DNA of 64,000 bases, from assembly GCA_023665805.1 (NCBI GenBank), contig JAMPDJ010000010.1, forward strand, positions 17,453-81,452, given 5' to 3'. Shown one piece after another: positions 46,680 to 54,837 of the stretch. Source of the DNA: Bacteroides sp. (GTDB lineage Bacteria; Bacteroidota; Bacteroidia; Bacteroidales; Bacteroidaceae). The translations under genes and the position numbers were made by a program. Under the pieces are notes generated by a model, which was not told the DNA's origin, searched no databases, and was given only the letters and a program-made list of their open reading frames with translations. Positions within the stretch are counted from its first letter, which is position 1. The number at the start of each line of letters is the position of its first letter.

Positions 46680-47732
46680 TTACGGCTCTATGTGGAGAAT
46701 GGGATAACGGATGGCAAGCGATTCGCGTTGTGATTCCATAATCTCCTTCAAGTCAACGGAGATGTCCTTGTTGTCCATTGCAGACTCCAAGATTCTGTCC
46801 GCCTCCCGGCAAAGTGCCATTATGTCGTCTGTGTTGCCGATGTCGGCATTGTCGTCTGCAGCCTGGAAGTGATTTCCGGTTTCTTCAAGGATAAATAGGG
46901 CGATTTCCACTGCTTCGTCAAAATTCTTTCCTGCCATCTCAAGCCTCATCCTGGCAATCCATTGTCGGAGGCTTTCAGCCATAGCCATTACATCCAGCTG
47001 ATTTTGTGGAATGAAGAAACACTTGTCTATCTCCTGCTGTAGCGGCGTTAATAAGCTATCAGGTCTTTTTTCGATTCTCTTTAGTTGCTCCCTGCGTAGA
47101 CGGACATATTCGTCCATGTTCTCAAAGCTTTCTTTGTGTATTCCGCCTATTGCCACTGTCATTCCTTCGAGTGTTGTTACCAGGCATTTGTCTCTGGAAA
47201 TGCGTATGCGGTATCCTTCAAGACCGGTGAGGACTCCGCTGGTAATTTTTACCAGGGTGTTTCCCTCGGCATAATAATCGATGGAGTGTGGCATGAAACG
47301 GATGCGTGTGGGATTCACTTTCGACACTTGCATGAAAGGCTGCATGATCCTGTCTGGTATGGCTGCTATTGCTCCTTTGCAGCAATCTTTCGCTAAATAC
47401 AGGCCTGGAAACGTTTCTTTCAAGACTCCCTGAATGTCGTTGCCATCTCCTTGTACGAAAATAAGTCCGGAAATGGTCGGCTTTTCACTTTTCTTGATAC
47501 GTTTGCTTTCCCGTTTGTACACAACGCTTCTGTGCACAAATACGGGATAATGTTTCTTTTGTAATATGCCGCTTACCGTATCCACCTTTCTGTGGTGGAC
47601 AAAGAGGTAACACCAAGATGTTATTTTGTTTGCTTCTGTACACTTTTCTCCCTCCAGACCAAAAAACATTTCTGCTCCGTTCTTGGTTTCACCCCCAGGG
47701 TTAGTTTGAGTTTCTGGACTATACAGTGGCAT
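46680..47732 (-). CDS. UpxY-like NusG-family transcription antiterminator with an atypical ~150-aa C-terminal extension
   Basis: NGN-like region SWCYLFVHHRKV...KPTISGLIFVQG and KOW-like region GNTLVKITSGVLTGLEGYRIRISRDKCLVTTLEGMTVA, followed by about 150 aa of acidic, probably helical sequence. ATG at 47732; an alternative ATG at 47669 (MFFGLEGEKC) is at least as plausible. Confidence 0.72.
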   Translation of the reverse strand: MPLYSPETQTNPGGETKNGAEMFFGLEGEKCTEANKITSWCYLFVHHRKVDTVSGILQKKHYPVFVHRSVVYKRESKRIKKSEKPTISGLIFVQGDGNDIQGVLKETFPGLYLAKDCCKGAIAAIPDRIMQPFMQVSKVNPTRIRFMPHSIDYYAEGNTLVKITSGVLTGLEGYRIRISRDKCLVTTLEGMTVAIGGIHKESFENMDEYVRLRREQLKRIEKRPDSLLTPLQQEIDKCFFIPQNQLDVMAMAESLRQWIARMRLEMAGKNFDEAVEIALFILEETGNHFQAADDNADIGNTDDIMALCREADRILESAMDNKDISVDLKEIMESQRESLAIRYPILHIEP

Positions 47733-47806
47733 CGTCGCTCAAATCTAATATATGTTTCCGGTCTGCATTGCTACATTGTAGCGGTTGCTTAATCAGTAGG
47801 GAATTA

Positions 47807-47816
47807 CCCCCCCCCC
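47807..47816. repeat. C10 (G10 on the coding strand) homopolymer in the CPS leader
   Basis: gaattaCCCCCCCCCCgatt, located between the left inverted repeat and the upxY-like start. Confidence 0.9.
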
Positions 47817-47904
47817 GATTTTATGCATAAGTACATGCTTTTCAGTGAGTTAATAGTGTATCTGCGTGTCTGGAATATGTTTTGCAATGTGTTAAATTCC
47901 TCTT

Positions 47905-47928
47905 TCTCTCGGTAAGAGAAGTATGATT
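47905..47928. repeat. left 24-bp inverted repeat (IRL) of the candidate invertible promoter
   Basis: tctctcggtaagagaagtatgatt is the exact reverse complement of 48108-48131. Confidence 0.9.
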
Positions 47929-48093
47929 CTGTGGACACTATTGTTAAATTATTGATAGCCAGACACGGATTATGTAAAATGAATTGACGGGCCAAAGAAT
48001 TAAGTGTCCAATAAGTTTATGCATATTGATAAATTTATTTTCTTTGTTAAGAAATACCATACGCATTTTCTTGCGTATTTCTTAGATTTAGGC

Positions 48094-48101
48094 TAACTTT
48101 G
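48094..48101 (+). promoter_or_regulatory. -7 box TAACTTTG inside the invertible core, currently pointing away from the CPS operon
   Basis: This is the only TAnnTTTG match on either strand of 47929-48107 (scanned by eye). Confidence 0.5.
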
Positions 48102-48107
48102 TGGCCA

Positions 48108-48131
48108 AATCATACTTCTCTTACCGAGAGA
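48108..48131. repeat. right 24-bp inverted repeat (IRR)
   Basis: aatcatacttctcttaccgagaga. An 11-bp core, tcttaccgaga, is repeated directly at 48138-48148. Confidence 0.9.
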
Positions 48132-48367
48132 TATTTTTCTTACCGAGAAAATGATGTTCCGCTTTTCTTGGATTTGAGGATCCCGTATTCATTTTTCCGT
48201 TTGTGACATAGGTTTTCTTCGGCTTCAACTCGGGATAGCTTGCATAATTTAATACCCATGTGTTGTAAACTAACGGAAGTACACGTTAATTTACAACACC
48301 GATTGTATTATTATGTAAGTGTTCGTTGATATAGCGACACAAGCCTCTTTGCTGGCTTGCGGTCTTG

Positions 48368-49573
48368 TCAGAGTGCTTTAATGATAATGCTGTTGGCTTT
48401 GTCCACTACAGATGTATCAAGCGAGGCAAGGTAGATTCTTGTCGTTGTTTCCGAGTCGTGTCCCATGGCTTCGCTGATGGTACTGATTGGGATGTTCTTG
48501 CTTTTTGCGATGCTGGCCCATCCGTGTCTTGCGACGTATGTTGTCAAAGGGGATGTCAGCCCCAACAGGCTGCCTATTTTCTTCAGGTTGCAGTTTACCC
48601 TGTGTTCCGCACTCTTGTATTGTTTCCTCTCGTCTTTCGACACATCTTTTATAATAGGCAGCAGATATGGCGTTCCTGCGGTGTCGTATTTGTCAATGAT
48701 TGCCTGCATTGGTTTCTCCCATTTGATGAACAATTGCTGGTTGGTCTTTTTTCGCCTATACGACAGGACTCCGTTTTGCAAGTCTTTCTTTTTCAGATAA
48801 GCGATGTCTATGAATGACATTCCGCGTGTATAGAAGCTGAACATGAAAATGTCTCTTGCAAAATCCATGTAACGTGTCAGTTGCAAGTCCCGGATCTGTC
48901 TGATGCAATTTAACGAAACTGCGCGTTTCACGGTTTTGTCTATGCCGGTATATACGTGCTTGAACGGGTTCTGTTGCTCCGTCAGTTCCTGGTCCACTGC
49001 GCGGTTGTATATGGCGCGCAGGTTGCGCATGTAATACGATATGCTGTTGGGACAGATGCCATGTTCTTTCAGCCTGGTCTCGTATGTGGCCATCAGGCTG
49101 CCGTTCACATTGTCAAGCAGGATGTCCCCTTGCCCTGACCGGAAACGCTCAAAACTATTCAACGTAGTGCTGTATGTCTCGGCTGTCCGCCTTTTGCCGG
49201 TTTGATTCAGTTCCCGGACTATGCGCCGTCCGAAAGAAAGGAGAAAACGCTGGTCGGCAGGGGAAGAATACAGTTTCACTATCATGTCGGCCGTATATGC
49301 CTTTCCTGTGTTTTCCAGCCGCTGTATGATTTCTATGATGCAGGAGACATTCTCTGCCACACGGTTTCTCAAGGCAGTCAGGTAATGCAGCCTGTTTTCT
49401 TCGCTATCGGCTGCCGTGACAATCCGGGCTGCCGCAGCGTCCCATTCCGCGGGATGAATCTTGTATCCGGCATCTATCTGCCTGACGACACGCTTGTGAA
49501 TTACTTGGTAATAAAGCGCCCCTTCCGCTCCGTCAATGGAAGATGGGCGAAATTTAACTTTTACACTTGCCAT
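48368..49573 (-). CDS. tyrosine site-specific recombinase (phage-integrase family, Bacteroides Arm-binding/SAM-like N-terminus)
   Basis: 401 aa reading MASVKVKFRPSS.... Catalytic-region motifs TTYVARHGWASIA and AMGHDSETTTRIYL (HxxR ... Y). Confidence 0.9.
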   Translation of the reverse strand: MASVKVKFRPSSIDGAEGALYYQVIHKRVVRQIDAGYKIHPAEWDAAAARIVTAADSEENRLHYLTALRNRVAENVSCIIEIIQRLENTGKAYTADMIVKLYSSPADQRFLLSFGRRIVRELNQTGKRRTAETYSTTLNSFERFRSGQGDILLDNVNGSLMATYETRLKEHGICPNSISYYMRNLRAIYNRAVDQELTEQQNPFKHVYTGIDKTVKRAVSLNCIRQIRDLQLTRYMDFARDIFMFSFYTRGMSFIDIAYLKKKDLQNGVLSYRRKKTNQQLFIKWEKPMQAIIDKYDTAGTPYLLPIIKDVSKDERKQYKSAEHRVNCNLKKIGSLLGLTSPLTTYVARHGWASIAKSKNIPISTISEAMGHDSETTTRIYLASLDTSVVDKANSIIIKAL

Positions 49574-49689
49574 AATGATTTTTGATGGTTAGGTACAATC
49601 TCAACTAAAGAATCGAATAGTTACTGGATTTTGAGATTGTCGGCCATCTTCAATGGTCCGTATAAAAGCATGGACAAGGAAAAAAGAGG

Positions 49690-51555
49690 CTACTTCTTCG
49701 CCTGTGGTAGGCAGCTATAACTCTTTTGCTGCATCACCATAAGGTTGCGTAGGCGTGTGGGATTTGGTTCCGGAGCATCGTTGAGCACGTATCCCGATTG
49801 CAGATCCGTCATTGTGGTTCCGGTAGAGTCTGTGAACAGGCTGCCTGCCGGGCAGTTGCAATAGGCAAAGGGATATGTATAGTTCCTGCTGAAGACGTTG
49901 CGGCTCCATGGGAAGTCTTGGTTGTGCGGTATGCCCATTTGGCTGAGGATGGTGGCCGCAATGTCGTTTTGGGCAATGATGGTGGATGTGTCATACCGTT
50001 TGGAGACGGCTCCTCCCACGAAAAAGAGTGGCATGTGGAAAAATTCCGGATTGTCCAGGGTGAGGCCGTACGTGTGGCCGTGGTCGGCAAAAAGCACCAC
50101 CAGAAGGTTGTCCCATAATGGTGTCCGGCTGAGACTGTCGAGGAACTGGCCCACGCAATGGTCGGTGTATGCAAAGGCATTGTGCACCTTGTTCTCCAGA
50201 CGGTCGTAGGGCACATCCCATGGTTCGTGACTGCTTATTGTCTGGCATCCCCAATAGTATGGCCTGTCGGGACCGTTTTCCTGGCGTGTGCGTTGCATCA
50301 GGCCCAGCATCCTGTTCATGGCTATGCTGTCGTTGGCTCCCCATACGTCGCGTTCCTCGGGACTGACGTCTATGTCTTCGATGTCCCAAACGCGGAAGCC
50401 TATGGCTTCCAGATACTTGCGCTTGTTCATGTGATGGGCGTTCCCTCCGTACATATAGTCGGCGGTATAGCCGTGCGAGCGCAAGGTCTTGGCCAGTCCG
50501 GGCAACAATGGCAGGCACGTGTCGTTCATCATCAGGGAAGCGGTGGGGTAGGACACATAGCCGGAGAGGACGCTGACCGTACCGCGGTCGGTACGGAAGC
50601 TGGTGGCCCAGGCATTGGTGAAGTTCACTCCGCGCCGCATCCATTGGCACAGTTCCGGCGTTACGTCCGGCACGCCGCCAAGGCTTTCGATGAACGGCGC
50701 TCCCATGCTTTCCAGTTGTATCGTCAGGATGTCCGGACGGCGCGTGTTCAGTATGGTGTCGGTGATGTCTTCGGTATCGGAGGGGAAAATCTCGGCAAAG
50801 ATGCTGTCGCACCGGGTCTGCGGCATATTAGGGAACTGCTTGTCATAGTCATGGGCATAAAGCAGCATGGAACGCGCCATGTGTCCCACTGGATTGACCG
50901 CGGCATGGTTGAGCACGATCTTGTCGCTATGGAAGGCACTGTACTCGTTGGCCGGTCTGCCGTTGATGCCCAGCATCATTGCTCCGAGCAATAGGCCTGT
51001 GAGCAGGTATAGCCTGCGTTCCCTGCGTAGCGAGTCCCGTTTGCGCGGATGCCTTCCTCCCTGACGTTCCGAGGTTATCCGGCGCGGTGTGATTGCCACT
51101 GTCAGGAAAGCCAGCAACAGCGATGACGCCAGGACGCTGCCTATTCGCGTGACTATGTAATGTGTCGAAGCACTTGCACCTGCATTGCCCGGCGATGACA
51201 TGTAGCTGAAGACCGATGCGTCGAGCAGCAGTTTCCAGTTCTCGTACATGATGATTGTGCCTCCGGTGACGCACCCCGCCAGGAAGGTAGCCACGACCAG
51301 ATATGTGCCTGCTATTTTGCGCAGGGGTATGCCCGGCCACACGGTGACGGACATCAGCGTCAATATCCACACCGGCATCACTGTCATGGCCACGGTGCTG
51401 GCATCCAAGGGCAGGCCGTGCCACAGGGCGCGCATCATCTCCCCTGCGGTGAAAGTCGTCATGTCTTGGTTGTAGAGCAAAAATCCGACTTTCCCTATGA
51501 GGGTGGCACATAGCAGCAAGGCTGTCAATGCCAGTATGTAGCGTGTCTGTTTCAC
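49690..51555 (-). CDS. LTA-synthase / sulfatase-family membrane protein (phosphoglycerol- or phosphoethanolamine-transferase-like)
   Basis: 621 aa with N-terminal TM segments and an alkaline-phosphatase-superfamily domain (LESMG..., NAWATSFRTDRGTVS). The start codon at 51555 is GTG. Confidence 0.82.
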   Translation of the reverse strand: MKQTRYILALTALLLCATLIGKVGFLLYNQDMTTFTAGEMMRALWHGLPLDASTVAMTVMPVWILTLMSVTVWPGIPLRKIAGTYLVVATFLAGCVTGGTIIMYENWKLLLDASVFSYMSSPGNAGASASTHYIVTRIGSVLASSLLLAFLTVAITPRRITSERQGGRHPRKRDSLRRERRLYLLTGLLLGAMMLGINGRPANEYSAFHSDKIVLNHAAVNPVGHMARSMLLYAHDYDKQFPNMPQTRCDSIFAEIFPSDTEDITDTILNTRRPDILTIQLESMGAPFIESLGGVPDVTPELCQWMRRGVNFTNAWATSFRTDRGTVSVLSGYVSYPTASLMMNDTCLPLLPGLAKTLRSHGYTADYMYGGNAHHMNKRKYLEAIGFRVWDIEDIDVSPEERDVWGANDSIAMNRMLGLMQRTRQENGPDRPYYWGCQTISSHEPWDVPYDRLENKVHNAFAYTDHCVGQFLDSLSRTPLWDNLLVVLFADHGHTYGLTLDNPEFFHMPLFFVGGAVSKRYDTSTIIAQNDIAATILSQMGIPHNQDFPWSRNVFSRNYTYPFAYCNCPAGSLFTDSTGTTMTDLQSGYVLNDAPEPNPTRLRNLMVMQQKSYSCLPQAKK

Positions 51556-51571
51556 GGTGTATTGTACGGTA

Positions 51572-51979
51572 TTATTTCCGACCGAAGTCGGCTGGTATCT
51601 CGCCCCATTCCTCTGTATTCCACTTCAGTATGGGCGTATTTATGGTATGCGTTCTCAGCCAGGCCTCGGCCCGTGCCACTAGGTCCAGGGCCTGTGCCGT
51701 CTTTTCGGTACGTGCCAGCGTGGTCCTGGCCTTTTTCTTGCGCACCCATGCCTGTCCGCTGATGCTGTCGCTGTAGATGGGCATGGAAAGCCCCCTTTGC
51801 TGCATCAGGGCCAGTGCGTGCACGATGGCCAGAAATTCACCGATGTTGTTGGTGCCGTGGATAGGACCTACATGGAACACCTCCCTGCCGCTGGGCAGGT
51901 GCACTCCGCGGTATTCCATTGGTCCCGGATTGCCGCTGCAGGCGGCATCCACGCATAGGGCTTCCTTTATTTCGTTCAT
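51572..51979 (-). CDS. RNase H family protein
   Basis: 135 aa reading CVDAACSGNPGPMEYRG...TNNIGEFLAIVHAL...IYSDS. Confidence 0.8.
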   Translation of the reverse strand: MNEIKEALCVDAACSGNPGPMEYRGVHLPSGREVFHVGPIHGTNNIGEFLAIVHALALMQQRGLSMPIYSDSISGQAWVRKKKARTTLARTEKTAQALDLVARAEAWLRTHTINTPILKWNTEEWGEIPADFGRK

Positions 51980-52079
51980 CGCGTGCCGGCTTATGTGTGT
52001 TGTTGTGCTTTGTCCTTGCAGGGCGTTGAGGATACGGGGAAGACTTTCAGCCCTGTGACGGCTGCGTCTTTTCCCGTGC

Positions 52080-53879
52080 TTACATCCTTTCGGGAACCTC
52101 TATGCCCAGCAGTGACATGCCGTTCTTTATCACCTGCGCCACGGCCGCGCTAAGTGCCAGACGCACAATCCGCTTGGCGGAATCCTCCTCGCGCAGCACG
52201 CTGAAATCGTGGTAGAACTGGTTGTACTCCTTCACCAATTCGTAGCAATACGTGGCGATGGAGGCGGGGTTGTAGTCGGCACCGGCCTGGCGCACTGCGG
52301 CGGCGAAGCCGTGTAGATGTTGGATGAGGCTGATTTCCTTGGTGCTCAGTCCGGCATCGGCCGGCAAGGTCTCCGGTATTGTTATGCCCTGTTCCCCGGC
52401 CTTGCGAAGGATGCTGCGTATGCGGGCGTAGGTGTATTGTATGAAAGGCCCGGTGTTGCCGTTGAAGTCGATGCTCTCCTCGGGATTGAAGAGCATGTTC
52501 TTGCGCGCGTCCACCTTGAGGATGAAGTATTTGAGGGCACCCATGCCCACTATGCGGGCTATTTCGGCAGTTTCCTCCTCGGTGATGCCCTCCAGTTTCT
52601 TTATCTTGTCCTCGGACATGGCGCGGGCGTCCTGTATCATTGTGGCCACCAGGTCGTCGGCATCCACTACGGTACCCTCGCGGGACTTCATCTTGCCGTT
52701 GGGCAGTTCCACCATGCCGTAGCTGAAGTGCACGAGGTCCTTGCCCCACTTGAAGCCCAGTTTGTCCAGCAGGATGGAGAGCACCTGGAAGTGATAGTTC
52801 TGTTCGTTGCCCACCACGTAAATCATCTTGTCTATTGGGAAATCCTGGAAACGGAGTTTGGCTGTGCCGATGTCCTGGGTCATGTAGACCGAGGTGCCGT
52901 CGGAGCGCAGCAACAGTTTCTCGTCCAATCCCTCTTTGGTGAGGTCGGCCCATACCGAACCGTCCTCCCTACGGTAGAAGAAGCCCTTGGCCAGGCCTTC
53001 CTCCACTTTCTCCTTGCCCTCCAGGTAAGTCTCGCTCTCGTAGTATATTTTGTCGAAGCTTACACCCAGGGCCTTGTATGTCTCGTCGAAACCGGCGTAC
53101 ACCCAGTCGTTCATGGTTTTCCACAGGGAACGTACCTCGGGATCGTTCTGTTCCCAGCGCACCAGCATGTCGTGGGCCTCCTTGATGAGGGGAGCCTCCT
53201 GCTTGGCGGTCTCCTCGTCCATGCCCTGCGCCACGAGTTCCTTGACCTGCTGACGATAGTGCGTGTCGAAGGCCACATAATAGTCGCCGATCAGGTGGTC
53301 GCCTTTCTTGCCGCTTGTTTCCGGGGTCTGTCCGTTGCCGTACTTCAGCCATGCCAGCATGCTCTTGCAGATGTGTATGCCGCGGTCGTTCACGATGTTG
53401 GTCTTCACCACGCGGTTGCCGTTGGCCTCCATGATTTGCGCCAAGGCCCATCCGAGTAGGTTGTTGCGCACGTGTCCCAGGTGCAGGGGCTTGTTGGTGT
53501 TGGGGCTGGAGTATTCTATCATCACCAGCGGTGATGTCTCGGTGACCGGGCGGAAGCCGAACTTGTGGTCGTGGCTGATTTCTTCCAGCAACTGTATCCA
53601 TTGTGCGCTGGCGACGGACAGGTTCAGGAAGCCCTTCACCACGTTGAACTTGCTGATAAGGTCGGGGCACTTCTCCGTCAGGTACTCGCCAAGGTCCTGT
53701 GCCGTGGCCTCGGGGGACTTCTTGCTGGTACGCAACAACGGGAATACAACGAGGGTCAGTTCGCCCTCGAACTCGGGACGTGTCTCCTGCAACTGTATCA
53801 TCTTTTCGGGCACTTCGGCACCGTAGATGTCCTTTATGCCGCTGATGGCGGCGGCTATTATCTTTTCCTGTATGTTCAT
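52080..53879 (-). CDS. argS: arginine--tRNA ligase
   Basis: 599 aa with the HIGH-type motif SSPNTNKPLHLGHVRNNLLG and a C-terminal DALR anticodon-binding region. Confidence 0.97.
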   Translation of the reverse strand: MNIQEKIIAAAISGIKDIYGAEVPEKMIQLQETRPEFEGELTLVVFPLLRTSKKSPEATAQDLGEYLTEKCPDLISKFNVVKGFLNLSVASAQWIQLLEEISHDHKFGFRPVTETSPLVMIEYSSPNTNKPLHLGHVRNNLLGWALAQIMEANGNRVVKTNIVNDRGIHICKSMLAWLKYGNGQTPETSGKKGDHLIGDYYVAFDTHYRQQVKELVAQGMDEETAKQEAPLIKEAHDMLVRWEQNDPEVRSLWKTMNDWVYAGFDETYKALGVSFDKIYYESETYLEGKEKVEEGLAKGFFYRREDGSVWADLTKEGLDEKLLLRSDGTSVYMTQDIGTAKLRFQDFPIDKMIYVVGNEQNYHFQVLSILLDKLGFKWGKDLVHFSYGMVELPNGKMKSREGTVVDADDLVATMIQDARAMSEDKIKKLEGITEEETAEIARIVGMGALKYFILKVDARKNMLFNPEESIDFNGNTGPFIQYTYARIRSILRKAGEQGITIPETLPADAGLSTKEISLIQHLHGFAAAVRQAGADYNPASIATYCYELVKEYNQFYHDFSVLREEDSAKRIVRLALSAAVAQVIKNGMSLLGIEVPERM

Positions 53880-53905
53880 ATATATAATATGTGCAATTTC
53901 GTGTA

Positions 53906-53913
53906 CAAAGGTA
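53906..53913 (-). promoter_or_regulatory. candidate -7 box TACCTTTG for argS
   Basis: Plus strand caaaggta, 27 nt upstream of the ATG at 53879. Confidence 0.45.
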
Positions 53914-54035
53914 CGAATAACTGCCCGAACGACAAAACAATAAGCGTATTTTTATGCTTGTGTGCAATAGTGCCCGAAGTAAATTGACGGGAAATAAAAA
54001 AGGAGGTGCCCCGGCCATTGTATGGGCGTTCTCAT

Positions 54036-54120
54036 GACTATGGTATTGTCATATCCTCGACCATAGTATTGTCATGTCCTCGACTATAGTATTGTCATAT
54101 CCCCATCCATACTATTGTCG
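54036..54120. repeat. 23-bp tandem repeat x ~3.6
   Basis: gactatggtattgtcatatcctc / gaccatagtattgtcatgtcctc / gactatagtattgtcatatcccc / atccatactattgtcg. Intergenic, upstream of argS and downstream of rpsO. Confidence 0.9.
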
Positions 54121-54172
54121 GGGGACTGGATTTCTTCCATGCCCGGCTGGTTGGACGAATGTCAGGAATCCG

Positions 54173-54209
54173 AAAAAAAAAGGTTGCCCCACGATGTGTG
54201 GGACAACCT
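54173..54209 (-). terminator. rho-independent terminator of rpsO
   Basis: The minus-strand RNA reads AGGUUGUCCCA-CACAUCG-UGGGGCAACCU followed by a U run: an 11-bp stem with one mismatch and 8 further U after the stem (plus-strand A9 at 54173-54181 includes the closing stem base), 40 nt after the stop. Confidence 0.7.
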
Positions 54210-54249
54210 CCATGTGTCGTTGCATTGTCTGCGGAAGACCGCTGCGGGA

Positions 54250-54519
54250 TTACTTGCGCAAGCCCAAGGCCTTCACGATGGCGCGGTAGCGTTCGATGTC
54301 GCGCTTCTTCAAGTAGTTGAGCAGGGCACGGCGCTTGCCTACAAGGCCTGTCAATGCACGTTCGGTGCTGTGGTCCTTGCGGTTCTGCTTCATGTGCTCG
54401 GTGAGGCTCTTGATGCGGAAAGTAAACAACGCAATCTGGCTCTCGGCGCTACCGGTGTCGGTCGCACCCTTGCCATAGGTGGTGAAGAGCTCGGTCTTCT
54501 TCTCTGAATTCAGATACAT
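54250..54519 (-). CDS. rpsO: 30S ribosomal protein S15
   Basis: The internal ATG at 54519 gives the 89-aa protein MYLNSEKKTELFTTYGKGATDTGSAESQIALFTFRIKSLTEHMKQNRKDHSTERALTGLVGKRRALLNYLKKRDIERYRAIVKALGLRK. The longer track ORF is an upstream extension. Confidence 0.95.
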   Translation of the reverse strand: MYLNSEKKTELFTTYGKGATDTGSAESQIALFTFRIKSLTEHMKQNRKDHSTERALTGLVGKRRALLNYLKKRDIERYRAIVKALGLRK

Positions 54520-54602
54520 GATTTGTGATTTGTATGAATTGTGTGACTTGTTTGCCGTGCAGCAACCATGCGTTCGGCCACTGCCTCCGGTCAAATGCGG
54601 TG

Positions 54603-54610
54603 CAAAGGTA
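54603..54610 (-). promoter_or_regulatory. candidate -7 box TACCTTTG for rpsO
   Basis: Plus strand caaaggta, 84 nt upstream of the ATG at 54519. Confidence 0.4.
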
Positions 54611-54715
54611 CGAAAAATACCGCTACAAGCAAACTCCCGAGCTGACTTTTTGGGCCGTGGGGGTGTAATCTGTTCGATTTTCGGTTCTCGTGGCACTTAT
54701 GTGGACGTTTTTACG

Positions 54716-54723
54716 TACCTTTG
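54716..54723 (+). promoter_or_regulatory. candidate -7 box TACCTTTG for typA
   Basis: Exact TAnnTTTG match 115 nt upstream of the ATG at 54838, divergent from the rpsO box. Confidence 0.4.
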
Positions 54724-54837
54724 TGCGTATTTGATGTCCATGTGCGCGAGCGCGACTCAATGTGTCATCCGATACGTAAGGACAGTTATAGAAATTAAAG
54801 AGTAAAAAGATTGTATTCAAGCAAAATTAAGTAGACG

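Larger units (their letters stand above)
47905..48131. promoter_or_regulatory. candidate invertible promoter element (IRL, 179-bp core, IRR)
   Basis: Perfect 24-bp IRs flank 179 bp. The element lies between a tyrosine recombinase gene and the upxY-like first gene of the CPS locus. The architecture matches known Bacteroides CPS promoter inversions. Confidence 0.7.

Noticed and set aside
46680-47732. Idea that the C-terminal half of the UpxY-like protein is a recognisable UpxZ fusion.
   Set aside because: By eye I see no similarity to the UpxZ sequences I remember. I kept it only as a hypothesis in the findings, not as a feature call.
47804-47995. 63-aa ORF across the left inverted repeat and the poly-C tract.
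   Set aside because: It ends in GGG encoded by the homopolymer and crosses the IR. It has no plausible function and lies in the leader or promoter region.
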